Positions 19,205 through 29,100 of a stretch of 33,060 bases of DNA are shown here, piece after piece (positions within the stretch are counted from its first letter, which is position 1; each line of letters opens with the position of its first letter). The notes below the pieces were generated by a model. That model made no database searches and was not told the origin of the DNA. It saw only the letters and a program-made list of their open reading frames with translations. The position numbers were made by a program, and so were the translations under genes. Source of the stretch: a bacterium. Lineage in GTDB: Bacteria; Muiribacteriota; UBA6191. The DNA lies in the NCBI GenBank assembly GCA_036339875.1, contig JAYZAC010000105.1, forward strand, positions 1 through 33,060. The letters run 5' to 3'.

Positions 19205-22200
19205 TTAGCGCTTTAAAATAGCTAGTTTAAGAGTTCTTTTTCGCCAATTATCGCCCTGACGAATCCGTATTCTCAAAAAATACACCCCATTACTCAAACG
19301 GGAACCCTGAGAATTAATAGCCTCAAAAGATTCACGAAAATCAACTTCTGATAAACCCTGCCAGTAATTTACCCTCTTACCAGAGGAATCATGTAGGCTA
19401 ATATATACTTCATCAGGCTTACTTGTTGCACTACAGTTCAAATTGATTTGATCCATATTCATTATGGGATTGGGAGCGACGAAGCAGCGTTCGAAACCAA
19501 AAGGCGGAACCACATTTATCAACATATTACTACGCTGCACATTTCCAACGTTATCGGTAGCTGAAACCTCTGCCACCCATTTACCTAATGAGTGTTTAAT
19601 AAAACCTCTATAATTATTATTACCGTCAGGCTGGAGTATATGCCTCCTATTTTCTAATTCAATCCAAACTTGACTAACCCCAGAAAGATCATCTTGACTG
19701 CGGAGTTCTATACTCTGACCTTCAATTGAAAGATCTTCCTCGAGATTAAAATCTAACTCAGGAGGATTAAGATCTTGCATAAGAAAAACTTTTGACATGT
19801 TTGTCGTTTGAATCGTGTATTTCAATGAGCCTTGTGAATCACAATTCAGATCCTGGCTCAACAAGTGAGTAAAGCCATCATTCCAAGACATAAAGATGGC
19901 TTTATCACAATTTTTACCTACTAGTATTGAACCACTCTGCTCTATCCATAAGTTCTCATCGCCAAAAAAATGAAGTAAATCCGATACTGTCAATCTCTTG
20001 GAAGGAGGATATGAAGGGGGCAGATTCTCCAACTCCACAAATTTTCGAGGTGTGGCTACGATAAAATTTTCTTCATTCAAATCTTCTAACACTTTATAGT
20101 CAATATTCGAAATCGATCCGTCTAACCTTTGAACAGAACCTTTATGAGAGTTTTTACTGGGTAAAACATGCAAAACAACATTCTGAGTTGAGCTAAACCC
20201 TCGGAAATCTTCAGCTGTGAACTCAAGGGCCACATCTCCAATAAACTGTCTATTAACATTAAATGAACCGCTGAATCCATTAGCATAATCTTTTCCCTCA
20301 ATCATCGTTTGCCTCAGAGGAACCAAAGAAAGCTCTTCAAAACTTCTAAATCCCTCTGAGATAAATACTTGGGGAGTCGGTTTTTCAGGTTCATAGAGTA
20401 AAATATCATCGAGACCTTGATAGTCTATCCCTTTAAATACAAAGCCGAAAGAAGCTGGATCAACCGGATTTTGAAAAACTTTCACCTGAACATCAGGACC
20501 ATTATCAATTTTGAAAACTGCTCTAGAGCTACCAAAGTCATTCCCTGCACGATCCTTAAACCCCTCAAGAAATAACGTTGCTGTCCCATTCACCTGTCTA
20601 GTAGGCATCTGGAAATGAAAATCAAAAATATTTGTCTCGAGAAGATGTTCAGGAAAAGATCTAGCATGCTGGATACTTTCATCACGATCATAGATAATGT
20701 AAGCCGATTCATTACCAAATAAACGAACCGGCTCTGGAGCGCTCCATCTGAAATGAATGGAAGTACCACTGGCAAATGTGTTGATGGAGTCCAAAGGGAA
20801 TCCTTGAGAATCCCGAATTATTTCGATTTGACTATTAAAAAAATTCAAAGCACTTTGATCAAACTCTAGCTTTTCACCCCTCCCAAAAGCCTGATTAGGA
20901 TCACTTCCCTGACCAATTCCATCGATTGACTCTACTAACCAGTAGAATTGATCACGATCTGTTAGCGGAACAATACCCGCAACCGAATTGATCAAACTAA
21001 AATCAACTGAATAACTTGTTATATATTTAGGCAAGTCAATAAATGTTGTCCTAGCATCTGGAGTTATACTCTCTCTGGATAAATGCAAACGGTATATACT
21101 AGCCTCTGGAACTGCCGACCAATTTAAAATTTGTAATGGACTCGTCACGAAAGTTGATAACTCTTTGCCTCTGAAATTAGTTAACGATAGAGGATAGTTA
21201 CGTTGAGGAAATTGAGGTAGCTGATCTCTAAGATTTGCTATCCGCTCCAATCTCGCTTCATTTCCAACTCGATCTCTAAAACTAAATCGAAACATCGCAG
21301 AACCTAAACCACCCGGAAACGAGCCTGAAATCGCAAAAGTACCTTGAGTAGACTCAGAAGGATAACTAGGTGATTCAACTGAAGTAATCTTTTCAGAATA
21401 AAAAGGTCCTCCAATTAATGAACCCGTAACTCCATTATCAATATCATAGTTAAAAATCTCCAACTTAAGATGACTGGTTTCAAATTCATTCTGATTAGAA
21501 GAAAGTAGCCCACAAGGACCTTGGTCTTGAATCGAGCCAGAGAAAACAAACTGCTGATTCGTAAGATAATCTAAATCGCCAAAACCAGAAACTGAAAGAC
21601 TCGGAGCTCTAGAGTCGAAAAGAAAAGTTGTGGAGCTAGAAGCTTGATTACCGGCGAGATCAAATATAGAAGCACTCATTTCATAAAGTCCGTCAAAGTC
21701 ACCACCCTTCGGTAGACCAATATCGCCCTCTTCCACAACTAATGCCACAATTTCCGTATTGAGTGGATCCGAATCTTCAGAAAGAAAGTCAACTGTAGAA
21801 AGTATAATTCTTCCTGAACTAGAGTTATTAAAAGGTCTAGTCGGCTCTAAAAGCTTTATTTTTATTTCACTTTGAGCCTTACTTAAACCTGAAACATCAG
21901 TCGTGGCTGTAAAATCTTCAGATGCTTGAACCTTGGCTACATCCAAAGCTGAAACACATCGGCCATCCTGTGGGTAGGAAAGAGTCACTTTTGGAGGCAA
22001 AGTATCATATATATAATTAAATGTTGCTTGGGTATTATTACCAGCTTTATCAAACACATCTAACACTAACTGATAAACTCCATCACTGGTGCCGTCCATT
22101 GGTGGAACCGCTGTACTTAACAAACTACGTATGATTGCCTGATCACTGGTTACGATCCTCGAAACTGAATCCAAAACCTGGTTATTGGGTCCGACAATCT

Positions 22201-25200
22201 CAAAACTTGAGGAATTTAAGTCGACTTCGATGTCTTCTACTCGCAACAAATTAAATGAGTCATACGCTAAATTCGATGGCATTGAATTGATGAATGACTT
22301 ATTTTGAGGAATCGTAACCAATAACGGCTTTACAATATTTTGCCTATCCAGCAAAAAAGTTCGTCGATGACGTAGGGAGTTACCCACATTATCAACAGCA
22401 TTAAATTCAAGTCGGTAGCTACCATCAGTAACTAACGAGCTCTGTAATCTGCCCGCCACATCAAAACCATTTTCGGTAGGAATGAAGGTTGATATCGGAA
22501 TATTGTTCAATGAATCGGGAGTTTCCTGTAAAGGACCAAATAACTCTAATGTAAGAGCTCCCGTATTTATTCCTGATGTATCTATCGTGGTTAACTCATT
22601 CTTATAAAAATCCGTTAAATCAATCCGAGCTGATACAAAGGTGGTCACCAAAGTGGAATTAGTCGGACTGAGAACGATCAGGGGAGCTTCAGAAAATTCA
22701 TTTGGAGCAACTGTATCAACTAAAAATGCAGCTGTTCCCGAGGTCGGAGTAACAGGGTTACCAAAAAGATCTTGGCCGCCACTAATTTGATAATCTACCC
22801 TACCGTCAAACTCGCTTTTGTTAGCCAGAACATCATAAACATAGTCGAAAGCAAACGTTCCCACCTGTGCTGAAAAAACGGACGAAACTTTACCAGCTTT
22901 TCTGAAAATATTACCCGATTGTCTTAATTCAAGATCTGGTGCGTCCAACATTGGAAATAATGTTTCTAGCCTCATTTTTACATAATCTACTGTGTAGAAA
23001 ACGGTCAAACCCGGCATAGCATTTGAGGAATCAGGAAAGATTTCCACTCTATTACTTTGTCCCCTGCTTGGATACTCACTTACATAAAGAAAATCTACTG
23101 GCACTTGGAGCTTATTCCGGTGCACTACAATCTCTGCCACCGAACTAACAGGGTCGGTATTATCAAATGAATCAATAGATTGTATGAAAATGGTTGTAGC
23201 GGTGGAAAGTGATGAAGCGATGGTTGAAATATCTAAGTCATTTAACTGGAATCTGCCATCAGAATCAGATTCGATGAAGCTACAGGTTAAGTTAGCGCAT
23301 GCACTAGTTATTGAATCGTAATCACTTCCAACTATAGGTATACTTAATGGGCTTGTCCGCTGAATTCGTAAAAATTTATTGATATTGAAACCTGCCGCCG
23401 CCCCTATGGGAGGTAAAAGAACTACAAGCCTTGCATCTGGTTCAGTTACTCCCGAAATATCCATCACATCCTTATTGGTGTAATGAGTTGGTAGTTCAAA
23501 GCCTGAGGGTATCCTTGGCTGCTCCACTATGGGAGAATCCGGCGGGACTACATCTCTGATCACTGTAAGATTGAATGCTGAGCCCTTATTACCCTGCTCA
23601 TCCGTAGCTTCAAGCCTGATAACCTCCTGTAAACCTTCCCTTAGGTTAAACACAGGAATACGTATTTCAAATGTCGCAGATTGAGTTAATGAAAAAGACG
23701 GTTGACTCACAGTAACAAAGTTACCTCTATAATTAAAATCAACATTAGTGCCCGTAGGGTTCACACTATCATCAAAAATTGAAAATGAAGGAATCCTCGC
23801 AGATGAAACATCAATACGTGTAGTATTACCAAAGTTCTCCTCAGACGAACCTCTGAGCAACAAACCTACTCCATCCGCTCCTGTTACGCCTGATATCTGA
23901 AAACTAGGATCTGGAACAAATGCATCAGGAAAGCTTCCACCGGGCCCATCGTCTATTGTTAACTCTGGAGACTTTAAACTTATTAAAAATTCATTATCAT
24001 CGGCACCAAAAAAATTGGGAATACTCGGGAAACCCGTCGTATAGTTATCATCTGGACCACTTTCCAATAAATCTAAATTTATAGTTGGTCCAGTGGTATC
24101 TTTTATTACGGCTACTGAAGTACAAGGATCTGAACGATTACCCACCTCATCTAGTAAACACAAATCCAGTTGAATAATACCATCAGGAACATTCGTAAAA
24201 TTAACTGCCTGTTGAAGATAAAACTTATCGTAAACAAGATTATTAAAGGCGCTGGTTCTGTCCAAAAAGGTTATACTTTCAGTCTGTCCCGTAAAAACTC
24301 CGTTACTATCACTGACTCTCAAAGTTCTTGTAAATGACTGAAACTGATCATCTAATAACGAATTGGTCAGAGGTATTTGATCACTAGTAGATGCGGGTGG
24401 AGAAACGGAAAAAATCGGAATTGGTCCCGAATCAGTTAATAAAGTCACAGATAATTCAAAAGACATTCGCCCATGTTCAGCATTTATACTTGTTTCATCA
24501 TTTTCAGCTACAGCCTCAACTGTGAAAATAGAAGTGCTTATCCCATCACCACTCTTCAAATTTGTAAAAACTGGGGTAGTTGGCGGAAAAAAATCTTTTA
24601 TCGCTAACAACTCTGTATTATTTGCTACGTTTATATTTCCATGTAGATCCTGCGGAGCAAAACCCAGTCTATAAGCGACCTGACCAGGAGAACCTATTTG
24701 TGGAGACCAGTCTGTAGCATCAATTATAGATTCAAGAATACCTGTATTTGAATCAGTAGTAAGTACTAATTCTTCCGGTAGTCCGTTAGAGCTATCAACC
24801 TGCCCATCAATGTCGGGACTATCCTGTGAGAATGTTCTAACTTGGACTAAGTCGCCTCTCTCATCATTCACCGAACCTCTCAAACTCCAAATTGAATCTT
24901 CAAATGGGGGATCAACAGAAGGTGGAGTATTTCCAAAAATAAATATCGATCGGGGCCTTTCTAGGAGTAGGTCTTGTGGGCTCGCTGTATCCTTAATGAC
25001 AAGAATTCTGGACGGAGTACCTGCTTCTGGATTAGCTAAATTACCAAACGCCTGAAAACCACCTGGAGATACATTCAAAAAAGTATCTCTGGCACCAACT
25101 AAAATTTCAAAGTCACCATCGAAATTTAAGGTTTTGAAGTCAAACCCTAATGGATTAAACAAACCTAAACCGGGTCCACTTCTAGCTGGTGTTATATCAG

Positions 25201-26098
25201 GAGGAGCAGAATTACCTGGTGGATCCACATTGACCAAAGGAACATCTAATGGAAAAGGTCCTGTTTTGGTAGTAACATCACTGATCACTTCAACCGACAA
25301 AGGTGGCCCCGTATCAGTTACTCCACTTAAAATCCTTCCTAATTGAGCAACTACATCAGCCAATGCCTCCGGTCTATCTATTGAACCAGGGAAAGGGTCC
25401 GGATTTGGTTCGGTATCAGGATCAACATCAAAAAGTCCGGTGTTATTAATTACAGTACCTATAAAGCTTACTTCGAGAGATGCTGAATTTTGCACGTCGT
25501 GAGCATTAAAAATAACTTCTAAAGCAAACTCACTGTTACTCGGATTAAAATTTACAAAATGTGAATTAATATTGGAATCTTGCAAATTCTGAGTTCGAGC
25601 ACCATCAATGTTAAAGCCACCAATTTGAGGTGCTCGCGGAGGCCCCTGATCAACTCTAAAAAGTAAAGGTAGATTACCATCTATCGTCAAAGGACCTAAA
25701 ACCCAAGGCGTATCGCTTGCCGCAGGATTTTTAGCATAGGGATATAAAAAAGTAATACCTTCAAAAAGCGCAACAGCAGGAGTGTCAAAACCTTCGTCAG
25801 GATCTTGGATATTAATTACAGTGCTATTTGCAACTGGCTGGGTCTGTAACTGATTCATCATAATAAAATCAGCAGGAGTCTCTACGATAGTGGCCTTAAA
25901 ACTTGGTAAAATTGTGGGCCCAGGATTTCCATTTTGATCACTTATGTTCTGTTCACCCTGATTGGGAGGTTCAATGAATTCAAATCTCGTAACAGCAGCC
26001 TCTGAACCAAAACAGTGCAGAAGCAACAAAAACAGACAGTAAAAACGAGGAATATACGAGATCGACATTTTATGACCAAATTTAGCCAAAATTGTCAT
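19205..26098 (-). CDS. Giant (~2,290 aa) secreted/surface protein: bacterial Ig-like repeats, an FN3-like unit and a C-terminal T9SS-CTD/FlgD-Ig-like domain (paralogue A)
   Basis: Signal-peptide-like MSISYIPRFYCLFLLLLHCFGSEA-A (alternative start ATG 26068). Recurring D-x-x-G-N and (K/R/V)D-x-x-x-P motifs (DEVGN, DEQGN, DNVGN, DKAGN, DLAGN, DRVGN, DRAGN). C-terminus FVAPNP...LHDSSGKRV...GSRLSNGVYFLRI...KLAILKR. Confidence 0.75.
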   Translation of the reverse strand: MTILAKFGHKMSISYIPRFYCLFLLLLHCFGSEAAVTRFEFIEPPNQGEQNISDQNGNPGPTILPSFKATIVETPADFIMMNQLQTQPVANSTVINIQDPDEGFDTPAVALFEGITFLYPYAKNPAASDTPWVLGPLTIDGNLPLLFRVDQGPPRAPQIGGFNIDGARTQNLQDSNINSHFVNFNPSNSEFALEVIFNAHDVQNSASLEVSFIGTVINNTGLFDVDPDTEPNPDPFPGSIDRPEALADVVAQLGRILSGVTDTGPPLSVEVISDVTTKTGPFPLDVPLVNVDPPGNSAPPDITPARSGPGLGLFNPLGFDFKTLNFDGDFEILVGARDTFLNVSPGGFQAFGNLANPEAGTPSRILVIKDTASPQDLLLERPRSIFIFGNTPPSVDPPFEDSIWSLRGSVNDERGDLVQVRTFSQDSPDIDGQVDSSNGLPEELVLTTDSNTGILESIIDATDWSPQIGSPGQVAYRLGFAPQDLHGNINVANNTELLAIKDFFPPTTPVFTNLKSGDGISTSIFTVEAVAENDETSINAEHGRMSFELSVTLLTDSGPIPIFSVSPPASTSDQIPLTNSLLDDQFQSFTRTLRVSDSNGVFTGQTESITFLDRTSAFNNLVYDKFYLQQAVNFTNVPDGIIQLDLCLLDEVGNRSDPCTSVAVIKDTTGPTINLDLLESGPDDNYTTGFPSIPNFFGADDNEFLISLKSPELTIDDGPGGSFPDAFVPDPSFQISGVTGADGVGLLLRGSSEENFGNTTRIDVSSARIPSFSIFDDSVNPTGTNVDFNYRGNFVTVSQPSFSLTQSATFEIRIPVFNLREGLQEVIRLEATDEQGNKGSAFNLTVIRDVVPPDSPIVEQPRIPSGFELPTHYTNKDVMDISGVTEPDARLVVLLPPIGAAAGFNINKFLRIQRTSPLSIPIVGSDYDSITSACANLTCSFIESDSDGRFQLNDLDISTIASSLSTATTIFIQSIDSFDNTDPVSSVAEIVVHRNKLQVPVDFLYVSEYPSRGQSNRVEIFPDSSNAMPGLTVFYTVDYVKMRLETLFPMLDAPDLELRQSGNIFRKAGKVSSVFSAQVGTFAFDYVYDVLANKSEFDGRVDYQISGGQDLFGNPVTPTSGTAAFLVDTVAPNEFSEAPLIVLSPTNSTLVTTFVSARIDLTDFYKNELTTIDTSGINTGALTLELFGPLQETPDSLNNIPISTFIPTENGFDVAGRLQSSLVTDGSYRLEFNAVDNVGNSLRHRRTFLLDRQNIVKPLLVTIPQNKSFINSMPSNLAYDSFNLLRVEDIEVDLNSSSFEIVGPNNQVLDSVSRIVTSDQAIIRSLLSTAVPPMDGTSDGVYQLVLDVFDKAGNNTQATFNYIYDTLPPKVTLSYPQDGRCVSALDVAKVQASEDFTATTDVSGLSKAQSEIKIKLLEPTRPFNNSSSGRIILSTVDFLSEDSDPLNTEIVALVVEEGDIGLPKGGDFDGLYEMSASIFDLAGNQASSSTTFLFDSRAPSLSVSGFGDLDYLTNQQFVFSGSIQDQGPCGLLSSNQNEFETSHLKLEIFNYDIDNGVTGSLIGGPFYSEKITSVESPSYPSESTQGTFAISGSFPGGLGSAMFRFSFRDRVGNEARLERIANLRDQLPQFPQRNYPLSLTNFRGKELSTFVTSPLQILNWSAVPEASIYRLHLSRESITPDARTTFIDLPKYITSYSVDFSLINSVAGIVPLTDRDQFYWLVESIDGIGQGSDPNQAFGRGEKLEFDQSALNFFNSQIEIIRDSQGFPLDSINTFASGTSIHFRWSAPEPVRLFGNESAYIIYDRDESIQHARSFPEHLLETNIFDFHFQMPTRQVNGTATLFLEGFKDRAGNDFGSSRAVFKIDNGPDVQVKVFQNPVDPASFGFVFKGIDYQGLDDILLYEPEKPTPQVFISEGFRSFEELSLVPLRQTMIEGKDYANGFSGSFNVNRQFIGDVALEFTAEDFRGFSSTQNVVLHVLPSKNSHKGSVQRLDGSISNIDYKVLEDLNEENFIVATPRKFVELENLPPSYPPSKRLTVSDLLHFFGDENLWIEQSGSILVGKNCDKAIFMSWNDGFTHLLSQDLNCDSQGSLKYTIQTTNMSKVFLMQDLNPPELDFNLEEDLSIEGQSIELRSQDDLSGVSQVWIELENRRHILQPDGNNNYRGFIKHSLGKWVAEVSATDNVGNVQRSNMLINVVPPFGFERCFVAPNPIMNMDQINLNCSATSKPDEVYISLHDSSGKRVNYWQGLSEVDFRESFEAINSQGSRLSNGVYFLRIRIRQGDNWRKRTLKLAILKR

Positions 26099-26145
26099 TC
26101 AATGCAAGACAAACCGTTCAAATCGGAGCTCTACGATATTGAATA

Positions 26146-29100
26146 TCAACGTAAAATGACAAATTTACCCTTACGGCGAAATACTCTGGAATTCTGCTGA
26201 ACTTCCAACTTGAAGAAATAAACACCGTTGGACAGTTCTGTACCATCAGAATTAATTAGCTCTGAATTCCATTGATTCTTCCCAGGATTGTGGCTCACTT
26301 CATCCTGAAAAACTCTTCTACCAGAAGAGTCGTAAACCTTAACAAACCCAGTCTGAGCAGGACCTGCAAGGAAGTAATGTAAAGTCATAAAAGATCCTCT
26401 GACAGGATTTGGAACCACATAGGCCCAATCTATACCCACACCAGCTAAAACCTGTATTGCCCGAGATAGCTGCAATTTCCTACCAGAGTTGTCACTTACT
26501 GAAATATCTAAAAATCTTTTACCACTAAAATTTACCGGCGGCACCTCGATTTGTAACTCAGTACCATCATTCGACCAAACAATATCTTCGCCATCCAATT
26601 GGAGTCTCAAACTAGACCAGTTCAGCCCGCTACCTGCATCCCTTAATTCGAAAGGTGCAACTTGCCAACCGGGAGCCAAACTTCGACCCTCAAACCATCT
26701 TAAATCTGGAGAATATAAATCCTCTGCAAGTGAATATTGTTCTCCCATAGTAGTCGTTAGAGTCTGCCCTACTGAGACATTCTGGACGTACGACCACGAG
26801 TTAGAAGCCTTGCGAAGAAGTACGGTGTAACTTGTAAGTCTTGATTCTATTTTGGAAGGTAATTTGAGATTCATAGCTAGACCACGGAGACTATCACTAG
26901 AGGCAAGCCAATCAAAATTAGTATGAACTCTCCACGGTCCTGTTGTCTCCTCTGAAACTGCTACAGGTTCAACCATTGAAACCAAACCAGTAAACTCTCT
27001 ATCTGGGCTGACTACACCATAACTTAATCTCGCACCTGAACGATTATTCAAGTTGAAATTTTGCGAAGATCTAAGTTTACCTAAAGAAATCTCTTTTTCC
27101 TTCGAGATAACCCTACCGAACTGATCTTCATAATCTATCATCAAGAAATAAAAACCAACGTCAGAAACACTCACCTGAAGCGGTACTGAGAAACTGGATG
27201 CTACCCCTCCTCCAGTGATTGTGGAAACCTGCTCATTTAATGGTAAAGGACTCAATGATTTAGATTCAAAACCCTTCCTAATCGAAACTGATGGACTTAC
27301 AATTTTACCACCTGAGCGCCTTACTAAGATGGGCTCCAATTGACCTAAATGAGAAATCATCCGAATTACTGAGATTAGTTCCTCATCGGCCACGGGATTA
27401 CTGAAAATTTGTACTCGAGTATCGGGACCAAAATCTACTGCAAAACTTTGGTTGAATACTTGCATAGATTGATTGACTAAGTCTTGGTAACCACTTATGT
27501 GCAACTGCAATCGATCGCGAGGAAAATCCTCCTCAGGGCGAAGTGGAATAGTACCCTTAAGATAAATTCTATTAGTTGTAGCCGTAGTCTTAATTTGTGG
27601 CTGAAGCGAAATTTTTTCTTCCCAATCTGTTATAAGTAATTCTTGAACCCCCTTGTAATTTCGCTCAAACTTTTTATTGAAAATAACCTCTAATTCAAAT
27701 TCTGGCGTTGAAAGAAAAGCACCGGACGCAGATAAATCAGAAAATCCCCCTATCTGATAAATAAGTATTTGTTCAATTTTAAGCGGGCGACGATCCAGTT
27801 CCAAATCGTAGTACTGACTCCATAAACTAGTTCGACCCGAACCATCTAAACCTCGAATCCTATAATGAAAAAGCTCTAGATCTGTAACCTTTACCAAATT
27901 TGGCTCTGAATTACTAAGGTTCATATTTAAACTCAAAGGATCTGATATCTGCTGAGTAGCAGGGTAAGTGACTCTATGAATAGGAATATTTGAAGATAGT
28001 CTTGGACGATAAATTTCAATTTCTACGTGCTTGATACCAATAATATTCTGCCATCTTAAACTTAATATTTCATCTCCAGTACGGTAAGTCGTAATTTGAC
28101 CATCCAATTCCGATTCAACGGGCGGCTGCACTATACTTGGAGTAGCCATGTTGTGATCAACCAATTGAAAAATACGACTAATGTTGTTTGAATTTCCAGC
28201 TTGATCTGAAACTTCTAAATTTAGTCTGTAATACTGATTTAGTAACGTTCCTTGAAAGCTGATAAATGTACTAAAACCCCAGTTAGCCTGAGCCGAGTGA
28301 TAAGTAAAGCTTGTTGGAACAGTAGTCTGTATTCCTTCTACTGCCAATGTAGGAATAAATATCCCAGTAACTGACTCAAGATCAATATCATAATTAAAAA
28401 CGGATAATTCTAAAGTAGTAATTCCATTATGTGCTTCTCCAGTCACATTGAAATGACAAGGTCCCTCATCAGAAATTGATCCACCAATATCAAGTTCAAA
28501 TCCTGAAGTTACACCGATTAAACGGAAGTCACTGAACTCTTCAATTTGAATTGAAGGAGCCTGAGTATCATAGTAAAACTGGCTAGATGTTATCTTAATA
28601 TTACCAACAGAATCATAAATCTCAGCAAATAAACCTAAAGCGCCATCGTCCGCACCTCCTACCCTTAGTGGAGTAATTTGTGCTCCCGACGAGTTTATAA
28701 AAGCAAGCTTCAACGCCTGATCAGAAATACTATCAACCTGTTCAAATAATTGACTCTCCCCCCCAAAGACATCACCAGTCAATCGCTCAGTTCGAGGGTA
28801 TGACGGCTCCAACATTCTTAATTCCAAACTACTCCGCATATCTACACCTGCAGTAGGTATCGTAATATCTTGCCTACCGGGTGCATCTCTGACCACGAGA
28901 TCAAAAATATCTAGATCTGACGAATTACATGTGTTCAAAGCTGGGAAAAAACTACCACTCATAGGCGGCGTTGTATCTAGAAGAAAATCATGGACCTTAA
29001 CTACAGTATTTCCTGCTAAATCCACAGCGTTAATTTCTATTTTATAGGTTCCGTCTGCACTACCATCATCCGGTAGAGAGTTTATTAAATATCGTCTGAT

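Noticed and set aside
25990..26070. Possible lipoprotein signal in giant protein A (LLLLHC)
   Set aside because: L-L-H-C does not fit the [LVI][ASTVI][GAS]C lipobox; an SPase I site (SEA-A) fits better
26079..26107. Possible promoter TTGCAT-N17-TAAATT before giant protein A (would give a nearly leaderless mRNA for ATG 26068)
   Set aside because: Weak hexamer matches in AT-rich DNA; co-transcription with paralogue B across a 47-77 nt gap is equally plausible
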